Notes under the pieces: model-generated
Told to the model about the DNA's origin: nothing
The model's database searches: none
The model's input: the letters and a program-made list of their open reading frames with translations, nothing else
Position numbers and translations under genes: made by a program
Shown: in pieces, positions 1 to 12,200 of the stretch
Layout of the letters: each line of letters starts with the position of its first letter
Numbering within the stretch: position 1 is the first letter of the stretch
From: Cyanophora paradoxa CCMP329
Taxonomy: Eukaryota > Plantae > Glaucophyta
Direction of reading: 5' to 3'
DNA length: 64,000 nt
Assembly (NCBI GenBank): GCA_004431415.1
Contig: QPMI01000542.1
Span: 484,373 to 548,372, forward strand

Positions 1-812
1 TGACGGCGAGCCTAAGGTGCACGTGGCGGCGGCGAGCCGCGGACGGTGAGCCGGGCTCGGGCCCGGGCGCCGGCGGGTCCTCAGCCCCCTCGCAGCTCCT
101 CGCGAGGCCCGCCCGCGCCCTCGAGCGGGGGCGCGGGGAGCCCTCCAAAGGGGCGCCCCCCGATCGAGAGGCACCGGTACCGCAGAGGGCGGCGGCGGTG
201 GCGCCCGTCCCTCCCCCGGCCAGCCCCGGCCCCGGCCCCGGCCCCGCACTCTTCTCCCTGCCCCGGCCCTCCTCTCTCCCGGGGCCGGGTCTCTCCCTGC
301 CCCGGCCCCGCACTCTTCTCCCTGCCCCGGCCCTCCTCTCTCCCGGCCTCTCCCTGCCCCGGCCCTCTCCCTGCCCCGGCCACGCTTTGAGGGAGGGCCG
401 GGGCAGGGAGAGAGGCGGGGCCGCACCGGCCCCGCCTCTCTCCCTGCCCCGGCCCTCCCTCAAAGCGTCGCCGGCCCTCCCCCGCGCCTTCGCCGCAGGC
501 GCACCGTACCCCTCCCCGCAACCTTCCCCTCCCCGACCTGCTCAGCCGCCCCGTCAGATGGCCCGAGGCGGGGCGGGGACCGAGACGAGGTGGAGCGGGC
601 AGCGCTGACGATCCAGCGGCACCTGCGGGGCTACCAGGTGCGGAAGAAGCACGGGTGGCGGCGGCGGCGGCCGGCGTCGATGAAGGAGGAGGAGGCCGCG
701 GCGAGTTCGGCAATCGCCCCGGCCCGTCGTCCGCGGCTTCCTGATGCGTCCGCAGGCCGTGATCCAGAAGCAAGCATGGATCAAGGAGCACCATGAGCGG
801 CTCGCCCGCTAG
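1..812 (+). CDS. 3' part of an IQ (calmodulin-binding) motif protein; starts upstream of the window
   Basis: Spliced reading gives VERAALTIQRHLRGYQVRKK (IQ motif) and a last exon AVIQKQAWIKEHHERLAR* (acceptor at 755, TAG 810-812). Confidence 0.5.
205..490 (+). repeat. Intronic degenerate tandem repeat (CTCTCCCTGCCCCGGCC-like)
   Basis: About 8 imperfect copies are visible directly. Confidence 0.7.
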
Positions 813-3130
813 CGCTGTGCCGCCGCACCCCGACGGCCTCCTGACGGCCTCCTGGGGCCGTTCGGGGCCGGACCGCCCCCGTAAGAGCCTCGAGAGCGGC
901 GGCTCTCCGATCAGCCGCGGCCGAGCACCGCAAGTTTTTGCGGCACACCGCCGTCCTGCACGGCCGCGGTGCGCGCCGCGCCGCGCCACGCGCGCCGCCG
1001 CCGCTCCATCCGCCATCCAACGCGGACGCGGCCCACGCACTGCAGTCGAGGAGGTCATTCCCGGCACCGTCCGCGTCTCGGGCCGCGCCGAGCTCGTCCC
1101 GTACGATTTCCTGGCGAGCGGGGTTGGGCCCGCGCGTGCGTTCTTGCCGGCGCTAACCCTCTCTCTGGTGCCCAGGTCGTGGCGACGGGCGTGTCCTACA
1201 GCGGGTGGAAGGCAGAGGAGGCCACCGCAGACGTGCGGCCTTCCCGTCCCGCCGCCCTGCGCCGGCGCCGTCGTCCGACTCCTGCGCCGGGTACAGGAGC
1301 GCGTCGTGGCGCTGCGGGGCATGCGGGACCGTCTGCGGAGCGCGCGGCGCGTGCTCATCGTCGGGGGCGGCCCCACGGGCGTCGAGGCGCGCGCTCCGCC
1401 CCCTCCCCGCGCCCCCTCGCGTCGCCCGCCCCCCGCGCGCCGCTCCGAACGCGACCGCAGGCGGCGGCGGAGATTCTGATGGCGGCGCCCAAGCGCGAGG
1501 TCACCCTCGTCCACAGCGGCCCCGCCCTCCTCGTGCGCCCCCGCGGCCCCGCCCCGCCCCGCCCGGCTCACCTGAGCCTGGGCCCGGGCAGGACGAGCTG
1601 GGGAGCGAGAAGATCTCGCGGCACGCGCATGAGTTCCTCGCCCGCCACGGCGCCAACGTGCGCCGAGCACGCCCAACGTACCCCCCCGCTTCGTCTCTTG
1701 ATCGCGTCTGCTCAGATACTTCTGAACGACCGCGTGGAGGGCGTGAGCCCGGGCATCTTCTTCGGTACCCCGGCCCCCTCCCCGCCCCGCTGCGGCACCG
1801 CCTCACTCCGCGCCGCCGCCCCGCAGGCACGGAGGAGCGCCGCACCAGGCGCGTCTGGGCCGCCGCTCGAGGTGGACGTCTAGACGGCTAGAGCCGGCCA
1901 GAGGGGACACCGCTCGCCTCCGCGGGCACGTCCAGTGCTCTCCTATCCACTGCCTTCCTCGCCTTCAATCACGCGCGCCCGGCCCCCCGCTCGCAAATCT
2001 CTTAGCTCGAAGCTCAGCTCCTGCTCTCAAAGCTTAGCTCTTAGCTCTTATCTCTCAAATCTCCCGCTCGCAAAATCTCTCGGATCGAAGCTGAGCTCCG
2101 GGGCGGCAGGAGCGGCGCGGTGGTCGCCGCGGACGCGGCTCTGGTGGCGGTGGGCGGGGGCCGCCCCAACGCCGCCTTCCTCGCCCGCGCCTTCCTCACC
2201 GCCCTGGTACCCCCCTCTCCTTCCCCCCCCCCCTGCCCCTCCTCTCTCTTCTCGGCCCGCCGCCCCCTCCCGTCCCCCCTCGCCACCCCCCTCTCTCCCG
2301 AGTCCCCGACGGCCCCCCCGCAGGACGGCTCCGGCTTTGTGCGCGTCGACGCCACGCTCCGGGTACACCCCCGCCCCTCTTTGAAGCAACGTACCCCCTG
2401 TCCCTTAGCTCGCCCCCCCCTCCCCCCCCCCCCCCCCGCCCCCCCCCTTCAGGTGGTCGGCACGACGAACGTTTTCTCGGCGGGCGACGTGTGCACGGCC
2501 CCGGGCCGAAAGGCGCGCGCCGATCTGATCTGATCCGATTTAGTCTGAGCCTCCGATCTGATCTGATCTGAGGCCCCGCCCCTGCAGGGCGCCTACGCGG
2601 CGGGGCTGCACGCGGCCGTCATCGCTGAGAACATCCGCCGCCTCGCAGTGAACCCCCAGGCGCGCCCGAGCGGCTCCAGATTCAGATTAAGCCCAAGTAT
2701 AGAATTAAGTTGGCGCCGCGCCGCGCCTACCCCCCCGTGACTCGGCCCCCGGCCCCCCCGCAGGCGAGCCTGAAGGAGTTCTCGCCCGCCCCGCCGATCT
2801 GCCTCGTCCGCCCCCGCCCCCGCCCCTCCCCCCCGCGCCCGCCAGCTCTGACGCTGGCGCACGCGCGGCTCAGGTGACGCTGGGGGCGGGGGACGGCGGG
2901 CTGGCGACGCCCTGGTTCGGCCTCACGGGCTGGCTCCCCAAGAAGATGAAGGCCGAGGACATGTTCGTGCCCCGCACGGTACGGTACCCCCCCGGCCCCG
3001 CCCCGCCCCGCCCCGCCTTCTTCTCTTCGAGCTGGAGAGGCCGGCCGCTGATCGGAGCGGGGTGGGGGCGCGCGCGCACGCGCAGAGGAGCGAGCTGGGG
3101 CTGGATCAGAAGGGCTGCGCCTGCCTGTAG
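793..3130 (+). CDS. FSP1/AIFM2 (AMID)-like FAD/NAD(P)H oxidoreductase, multi-exon; 5' end uncertain
   Basis: Exon motifs PYDFL|VVATG, VLIVGGGPTGVE, EVTLVHSG, GFVRVDATLR|VVGTTNVFSAGD, MKAEDMFV; final exon 3086-3130 RSELGLDQKGCACL*. Confidence 0.8.
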
Positions 3131-3512
3131 GCCCCCGCGACCGAGCTGCGGGTCTGGGGCCCGCCAGGACGAACGCATTAAGCTAAAGATTCTCATGATC
3201 GTGTAGCCCTAATTACAAATTCTAGATCCACGTGTGGTGGATCGTCTTTTTATCTTCTCTATTTTCTTAATTTCAAGTTTCAAGTCACAGAGTCACTGAT
3301 TATGATCATGATCATGACGCGCGTACGCACGGCGCCACGCGCGCAGCGCATGCGCATATGACGGCACCATCAGGCCCCTGAGGAGCGGCAAGATCAAATC
3401 GCACGTGCACGCATATGCATCGGGCATGCGCACCTGTACCCCAGCTCCTGCCTTTCCATCGATATATCGCCGCCCACGGCCGCGGGCCGGGGCCGCCGAC
3501 CACGCGCGCGCA

Positions 3513-3662
3513 ATGGGCTGCGGGGCTTCAGCCACAGCTGCGGACGCAACTCAGCAGACTCGGGGATCGCCCCCAACTAGTACTGCATGCGCATGCGCAG
3601 CAAGCTGCAGCCGACGCTACCTGAGGCGTCGAACAGCAATTGCAAGAATTAAAGCTATATAA
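3513..3662 (+). pseudogene. Orphan MGCGAS N-terminal fragment resembling the start of the two NLR-like genes
   Basis: ATGGGCTGCGGGGC at 3513 matches the starts at 6205 and 19261; the ORF stops after 49 codons. Confidence 0.4.
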
Positions 3663-5339
3663 TTAAAAGCATCCCCGATAGCATATGCGCATGGGCCTCT
3701 CCCTTCTTTGAAGTCTCTTTTCGTTCGCGGGACCGCGACTGGGGACATCGCGCGCGGATGGGGGGAGCGGAATCCGAATCCTCGTGTGGGCCCGCGCGCG
3801 CCTGCGATCGCGAGGCTGGCAAGCTTCGCGAGCTCCACTGGGGCCAGATGGTGGAGGGCCACTGGAGCTCGAGGCTGCCGCGTCAGTGGCGCAGCTCCGA
3901 GGCTCGCGGGGCTCTGCGGCCCTGCGGGCTCCTGCGCGAGCTCGAGGCGCTGGCCCCGGCGCCCGGCGGCCGCATGCGCAGGCAGACGAGTTCGACGCTG
4001 TCACGTCAACGGAGCAGTGCGACTAGGGATCGACCGGATAACGTATGTCGGAACTGTCGGAACTCGAGCCACCGACGTCGACATCGACAATGTACATGGA
4101 TGTCGACGTCGACGTCGGTGCGATTCGACAGAGGGGGGGGTAGGGCACCGTAGGGGTCATCCAGTCTACTCCAGCACTGTGGGGGCGTGTACAGGCAATC
4201 AGACTTGGGTACCTTAGTTGCTTGCAACTAAGGACCCAGGTCTTCTATGTTCACGTGTATGGTGGTGGTTCATTCCCCCCCTAAGTTCCAGGGTGTTGGA
4301 TTCGAACCCGAGACCCAACCCGTCAAACACGTTTCCTGAGCAATCCAGCAACCGCGCTCTCTTGCTTCCATCGACAAAAGTGAGCTCCAAAGCCGCGCGC
4401 GTCCGTAGAGCTTGCAAACGCGACCGCAGGTAGCCTGGTTGCCGAGATCGTGCAGCCTCTAAAGTTCCTATACAAACACGCAATTGTGTTTTCCAGGCAA
4501 TCCAGCGACCGCGCCGGATTGCTTCCTTAGAGGAAAAGACGCTATGCAGCTAAGCGCATCGATATCCATTTTAGAAGCTAGCGCGATGGCAGGTAGCCTG
4601 GTTGCCAAGATCGCAAAGTTCCCATACAAACATGCAATCGTCTCCTGCTCCTCAGGGAGCGCGCGCGCGGTTCCGGTTTTCAAACCAGTTACAGGGTGCA
4701 TCGAAACGGGCACGATGGCATGCTCAGCAGCATGGCGTTGAGGTGCGATCCATTCTTTGATCCCGGAGGTGGCCGTAGCCGTCACCAGGAAACATGTACC
4801 CCAATGTCGGCGCAGTGCGCACTCACGCAACCGTGCTCTCTGAAACCCAAGTCTGTACTGCCCCCCGGGGGCAGGAATAGTTATTGCAAGGTAGGGCATG
4901 ATCGTATGATATTCTGGAACGGGCGGGATTCGAAGGCGTGATTCTCATCGCAGGGCGATTCGAACACGGGAGGCATGAATCAGACAGCGTGTATGATAAC
5001 CACACCGCAGCTCGCCACATTCCCCGGGATTTCCCCCCCTTAAGAGACCATAGATTCATAGAAGCGTGGGTTCTATGTGAGGCTTTGTGAGCGACGGCGC
5101 CCGGGCGCCGACGGGCCGCCGACGGCAGCTAGCTGCAGGGAGGGGCGCTGTACATGTTCGAATGAACATGCATATGTACATGAACGTCAGCGAACAGCCT
5201 ATAGGCTATAGCTAGGCCTTTTCCGAAGTACTAGTTCACTGAACTGAACATGAACTTCGGAGCGAACACGCGCGAACAAAGAATTTTCGGAAGTTCGCAA
5301 AGAAAGAATTTTCCGACCATAGTAATTACTAAGTTAGTT

Positions 5340-5562
5340 CGGTCTCAAATTAGTGCGTTTTTTCGTTTTCAGTGTATGGGACGGGGGGTACTTCCTGTAC
5401 CCCTACAGTAGTTTCTTCGAGCGCTTTAATTAATGCGGTCCGGTCTCAAATTAGTGTGTTTTCCGCATATGAGAACACACCGTATACGTAGTGTGTCTCA
5501 AAATTAGTGTGTTTTCCGCGGATCTGTCAGTGCGCGTATGATTCCGCATATGAGAACACACT
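5340..5562. repeat. Short direct repeats GTCTCAAATTAGTG(T/C)GTTTT (x3) and TTCCGCATATGAGAACACAC (x2), possible transposon-end remnant
   Basis: Copies at ~5340, ~5440 and ~5495; second motif at ~5461 and ~5542. Confidence 0.55.
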
Positions 5563-6204
5563 TCGGGCGGGCCGCCGCCGGCGGCGCGCGCCGGCGCCCG
5601 CGCGCGGGCCGCGCGCGCCGCGCGGCGGCGCCGGGCCGGAGACTGGCCCGGAGTCCGCGGCCGGGCTGTACACAGTACACATGTCCGCCGCTCATGATCA
5701 GGAATCGCGATTCGCGACTCGCGAGTCATTCGCGAGCTCGCCGAGCTCGAGTCGCGACTCGAGCTCAGCGGCTCGCGAGCCCGGAGCCCGGCCTCGGATC
5801 CGGGGATTCCCGGACTCCGGGACTCCCGGACGGGACCCGGCCGGTCACCCGGAGTCCGCCGCGGCGGCCGCGCGCCGCGGCCGGGCGGCCCGGGCCCGGA
5901 GTCCCCGGACTCCCGGATCGGACTGGGAGTCTGGGACTGCACTGCGCCAGTTGACCCATGGCCAGCCCTAGGGCCTAGACTGCAGCGCGCATCCGATCGC
6001 GATGATCATCGCCGAGTCGGCCGCATGACTGAGTGATCATCGGATCGGCGATTCCGGTCCGACGCGTACGGTCCTTCAGACACTGCAGATCTAGAGTCGC
6101 CCGCATCTTGCAGCGTGCACTGCCGCGGCAGTGCCGCCTGTTCTCAGCGAGCTCTCGGCAGTGAGTCGGCACACACTCCTGAAGCACGTCGGTCCGACGG
6201 TCAA

Positions 6205-9200
6205 ATGGGCTGCGGGGCGTCAGCACCTGAACCGACTACAGCTCGTTCTCTGAACCCTACAGCATCTGCGGCACCTGCGCCCCCGCAGCCGGCATCTGCG
6301 GCACGTTCGCCCCCGCAGGCGGCATCTGCGGCACCTGCGCCCCCGCAGGCAGAATCTGCGGCACCTGCGCCCCCAGGCCCGCAGGCGGCATCTGCGGCAC
6401 CTGCGCCACCGCAGGCAGATCAAGAATCTGCGGCACCTGCGCCCCCGCAGGCAGAATCTGCGGCACCTGCAGCTGCGCCCCCGGGCCCGCAGGCGGCATC
6501 TGCGGCACCTGCGCCACCGCAGGCAGATCTAGAATCTGCGGCACCTGCGCCCCCGCAGGCAGAATCTGCGGCACCTGCGCCCCCGCAGTCAGAATCTGCG
6601 GCATCTGCGCCCCCGCAGCAGCAGGCATCAGCCACGGCGGCCGCGGCACCTGTAGCTGCAGCTGTACATGTCAGGCCAACAGCTTCAGCCACACATGCAT
6701 ATGCCGACGTCGCAGCTGCGCCGACGGCGTCGAACGCGACGTCCGCAGCGGAAGTTCCTCACCGGTACGACATCTTCATCTCGCACAAGCAGTCCTCTGG
6801 TGAAGATCTCGCCCGCATCTTCAAGACGACGGTGCGAGCAGGGCCTGCGCGGGCTAGCCAAGCGCTCGCTGCACAGAACTGACGGGGCCGCCGGCGTGCG
6901 CAGGCGGAGAAGGTGACGGGGGAGCTCGGCATCGAGCTGCGCATCTTCCTCGACCGCGACGACCTCAACGACATCCAGGACCTCAGCGCCAACATCCGCG
7001 CCTCCCGCAGCGTCCTCCTCCTCCTCACCAAGGGTCCGTTCCCCCCCCCCCCCCCCCCCCCCCCCCCTCGCGATCGATCCGCCGCTAAACGCTTGGGCTG
7101 CTCATCGTTAATCCTCCCTCTCATCGCGCCGCTTCATTCCGAGCCCGCCTCGTGCATGTGCTCAGTACGCTCGCGCCGTGCAGACGTGTTCCGCAGCAAG
7201 TTCGTGCTGCAGGAGCTGAAGGCGGCGGACGAGGCCGCCGTGAAGATAGTCACCGTCTGGAACCGCGAGGGCGCTAACGGCGTACCCGAGTTCCCCTTCG
7301 GTCTGCCCCCTCCCCCCCCCCCCTCTCTCCGCCCCGTCTTCCCCTCCCCTCCCCGAACGCGTCCCACCTGCCCCTCTTCCCTCCCTCCGAGCCCCCCCCC
7401 ACCCCCCCCCCCACCCCTCCCTCCTCACCTTTATCATGATTTCTTTTACCAATTTTTCGACCCTTGATCATGATCAATGTTTACCTGCACTTTCCTCTAC
7501 CGCCCCCCCCCCCGCCCCCCTTCCTTCGGGCGCTCTAGATCTCCTGTCCCCCTCCTTCCCACCATTCCCCCCATCCCCCCCCCGCCCCCCCCCCCCCCCC
7601 CCCCGTGCCCTTTCTCCTCCCACTCTTCCTCCTCCTGTAGATCTTGACCCTTGATTCTACGTATACGGCCTTTGACACCCATGACATTTATATGATTAGC
7701 CTTCCTTCGGCCCTGTTCTGACGCAGCGATCACGAGCGCAGCGGCGACGGTCGAACTGCCGCCCTCCACGGAGCTCGGCGCGGTGGGCCTCGACGAGGAG
7801 GCGGCGCGGGCGCTGCTCGGCCGCGTCCTCAAGGTCAAGGCCGAGACGTACTACCGCGACGGAGAGCACCACCGCATCTGCATCGAGGAGGCCCTCGAGC
7901 GCTGCGGCGTCGAAGTGCGCAGCGCCGCCGCCGCCGGCTCCGGGCCCGTCCACACCGCCGTCCGCAAGGTCCGCTCCCAAGTCGTGCAGGGCGCGCGGCA
8001 TTTCTCAGGATCCTCGCCCTTAATCCGCTCGCGATCGCGATCGCGCAGTACGCAAAGGCGGAGGTGGGGAACACGGAAGCGACGGAGGCGCTGGCGCTGT
8101 ACGTGCACCCGAAGGCGACGACGGACGCCGCCCGCCGCAACGTCGTCGACCTCGCCGGCCACGTTGTCGCCTTCCTCCGCCGCCACATGCCCGTGCCAGA
8201 GGGGTCCGCGGCCAGCCGCACGGCCGCGCCAGCTGCCCCCGCCGCCGCCGGTGGCGCCCGCGTGCTGCTCATCGCGGGCGAGCCCGGCTCCAGCAAGTCG
8301 ACCTTCCTCGCGCACCTGCATCGCCGCGCCTGCGAGCAGTGGGCCGGGGCGGACGGCCGCCCGCCCGCCGGCGACGACCGGCTGCCGGTCACGTGCCTCT
8401 TGCGCCTCTCGAACCTCACGCGGGAGCGGGCGGCGAGCGGGCTGCGGGCGGAGGTGGCCGACGCCCTCAGCTTGCCCGAGGCCGACCTCCCTGCCCTGCG
8501 CGAGAGGCGTGCCGCTGCCCGCCACCGCCGCCCCGCCCACCATTCCTCACTGCCCCCCCTCGTGCACAGCCGCGGGCTGGTGCTTCTGCTGGACGCGTAC
8601 GACGAGCTGGAGACGGGGGCCGGCCGCCCGCCGGCCCTCTGGAGCCGCAACGAGCTCGGCAAGTGGGCCTCCGCCGTCGTCGTCACGTGCCGCTCGGCGT
8701 ACCTCGCCGCCCAGCCCGACTACCCCGTGCGCCGCTCCTCGCGATCGGCCCTCCGCAGCCTCGCCCGCCCGCCCCGGTGCGCCCTGCGACCGCCCCGCAG
8801 TCGCTGTTCGCGCCGGCTGGCGATCGCGGCGCGCTTGAGGAGGTCTGCACCCACCCCTTCGATGCCGGACAGGTGCCCGCCCTTCCGACAGCGGCTGTTC
8901 AGGCCCCGTGCTGACCGCCGCGGGCCGTCCTTCAGGTGGAGGACTACATTCGCAAGTACACCGGCCTGTACGGGCCAAGTGCCCCCGAAGGGTTGCGGGA
9001 CCGGGACTGCACGTGGACGGCGGAGGAGTACGCGGCGCGCATTGCCCAGGTCCCCGGCACCGCGACGCTCATCGAGAACCCCTTCACGCTCACGTGCGTC
9101 CGATCCGATTATTTGTGCCGACTCGCGTCTGATAATTGCAATTGCCGTCGCCTCGGGCGCGCAGAATGGTCGTGAAATCGCTGCCGAAGATACTGAAGAG

Positions 9201-12200
9201 CCGGTGAGCCCCGCTTTTCGCGCGTCAACGCGCCAGTTGTCGATGTCTCACTTTTACATTCCGCAGCGAGGCGGCTCACGATCATTTGGAGAAACCGACA
9301 GCCAAGGCCGCCGCAACGTACCTCCTGACGATTCGCGAGCTCTACCAGCAGTTCGTCGAGGCGCGCGGGGGCGCTGCGCATGCCGCCCCGTTGCAATTGG
9401 TTATGGGCCGCTAGGCGATTGGTGGCTGACTGCGTTCGCGGGCAGCTGTGGTTCACGCGGCAGTGGGAGAAGTCGACGTTGACGGCAGCGGGGGCGGCCA
9501 AGGAGCTCGAGACGGGTACGGGCTGATGTGTCTTTTCCAAGACCCATGAACAGCTGTAGTCTGCACGATCGCACTTTCATGATCCCCAAATCACCTTTCA
9601 CCAATCGCTATATATTTCAAGCAATGATATCTTTGATCTCGTGATCTGATGCTTATAGTTATACGTAACGCTGTCGCCAGGCGACCTGAAGGATTGGACG
9701 CTGAGCGACTTCCAGGAGAATACCCGCGGATACTGCAAATTGCTGGCCGACGCCATGTTTCGAGTGAGGCTTCCGCCCTCTAGATCTGCAGCGTTCGCCG
9801 CTGACGCCAGGGACTGTGCAGGCGGCCATCTCCGAAGTGCTCTGCCCTCCGAAGAAGGCGAAGGTCGCTCAGTTCCTTCTTCGCGGCGCGAAGGCGGCGG
9901 ATGTGACGGCGACGGCGGCCGCGCCGGCCGAGGGCGCGCAGAGCGCCGACCTCAGGCTCTGCATCGAGCTCCTCACGGACACGTCGGACCCCGTCCTCGC
10001 CTTCTGCCGCGACAACTGCCCCCTGCGCGTCGCCCGGGCGGCCGACGGCGGCACGGCCGTCCGCTTCCTCCACAAGGCCCGCCCGCTTTACGGCGCCGTC
10101 CCTCGCCCTGACGTCTGCGACAGACGCTCCTGGAGTACTTTGTTGCAGAGGGGGCGTACGCCGACGGCGCCAACGCGTTCCGATCAGTGCGTGCAGCTCG
10201 CCACTCCCGCCAATTCACGACCCAAAAGTGTGCTTTCTCCGCTTTATAAAATTACAGGCGATTGAGAGCGAGGCGGCCCCGCAAGAGGAGCTCGCCCGGC
10301 TGCGCGTGAAGCTGCGGGCCCTGCGCCGCGTGCAGAGCATCGCCGACGGCAGCGCCGCCGTCACGCGGGCGGACCCCAGCCTCCTCCACCTGCGGTGAAG
10401 CATTCACACGTTTCGCGTTCCTGCCTGGCATTCACACGTGTTGGCGTTGCTTGGACCAGGTTGCTGACAAAGGAGCCGAAGATCCTCCAGTTCCTCGCTG
10501 ACTGCTGTACGGCTGACGTCGACTACCGTAACGTGCGCTGCAGCTGTGCCTGAACACATTAATTGCTTGCCTCGAAATCGGAGTCCGGCGCAGAAACTGC
10601 TGGATCTGATGGAAAGGAGCCGCCACGATGACGCCACGCCGGGAGACATCATCGCCTCGGCCAACGCTATGACGATCCTGAACCGCGGTGCGGTCCACCT
10701 GCTCGCGATCGCGACGCTGTTGACACTGTGCGCACTGCGGCAGCTGGCTACAGCTTTGCGGGCAGCAGCCTCCGACGCGTGCGGGTGCCCGGGGCCGACC
10801 TGCAGCGGCTGGAGGCGGCGGGCGCGGACCTGCGCGGGGCGGACCTCACGGGCTGCAACCTTCTCGACGCGAACCTCGCCGGGGCGGACCTCCGCGGGGC
10901 CGTGCTCACCGACTGCAGCGTCACCCTCAACCCGGCGCTCTGGGGGCATGAAGATCGTGTGCGGGCTGTCGCCATAACTCGGGTGCGCTGCTCAGTAGAT
11001 GATGATGAGCGGGTGCCTGTGGCTGATTTTCGGCCACAGGACGGGAAGCGCGCCGTGTCGGGGGGCGACGACAAGACGCTGCGGGTGTGGGACCTGGAGA
11101 GCGGGGCGGAGCTGCGGTGCCTCGTGGGCCTCGAGTACATGGTCACCTCGGTGGCGATCTCGCCGGTGCACTGGGGGCGGGGCCAAAATTCCGGGCCAGA
11201 GGCCGATCGTGGGTGCCTCGGGGGCCTCTCGGCGGGCCGCAGGACGGGAAGCGCGCCGTGTTTGGGAGCTTGCACAGGAAGCTGCGGGTGTGGGACCTGG
11301 AGAGCGGGGCGGAGCCGCAGTGCCTCGACCACTGGGGCCACGAGGGCGTGGTCCGCTCGGTGGCAATCTCGCCGGTGTGCTGGGGAGCGGGCCAGGGCTC
11401 GGGGCCCGAGGCTGATCGCGGGGGCCTCGGGGGCCTCTCGGCGGGCCGCAGGACGGGAAGCGCGCCGTGTCGGGGAGCGACGACAAGACGCTGCGGGTGT
11501 GGGACCTGGAGAGCGGGGCGGAGCTGCGGTGCCTCGCGGGCCACAAGAGTGAGGTCACCTCGGTGGCGATCTCGCCGGTGCGCGGGCGGCGGGCCGGGGT
11601 CGGGCCCTGAGGCTTACCATGGGGCCTCGGGGGTCTCTCGGCGGGCTGCAGGACGGGAAGCGTGCCGTGTCGGGGAGCAGCGACAAGACGCTGCGGGTGT
11701 GGGACCTGGAGAGCGGGGTGGAGCTGCGGCGCCTCGCGGGCCACGAGAACATGGTCACCTCGGTGGCGATCTCTCCGGTGCGTGGGGGGCGGGCCTGGGC
11801 TCGGGGTCTGAGGCTGATCGGAGGGGCCTCGGGGGCCTCTCGGGGGGCCGCAGGACGGGAAGCGCGCCGTGTCGGGGAGCTGGGACAAGACGCTGCGGGT
11901 GTGGGACCTGGAGAGCGGGGTGGAGCTGCGGCGCCTCGCGGGCCACGAGGGCGCGGGCATGATCACCTCCGTGGCGATCTCGCCGGTGCACAGGCCCTGA
12001 GGGGGCGGGGCCGGGGCTCGAAGCCCGACGCTGATCGCGGGGGCCTTGGGGCCCCCTGGGCGGGCCGCAGGACGGGAAGCGCGCCGTTTCGGGGAGTGGA
12101 GACGACACGCTGCGGATGTGGGACCTGGAGAGCGGGGCGGAGCTGCGATGCTTCGCGGGCCACGAGGGCGAGGTCTCATCGGTGGCGATCTCGCCGGTGC

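Noticed and set aside
4131-5041. G-run and C-run ends as transposon terminal inverted repeats
   Set aside because: Complementarity does not extend beyond the homopolymer, and I found no TSD.
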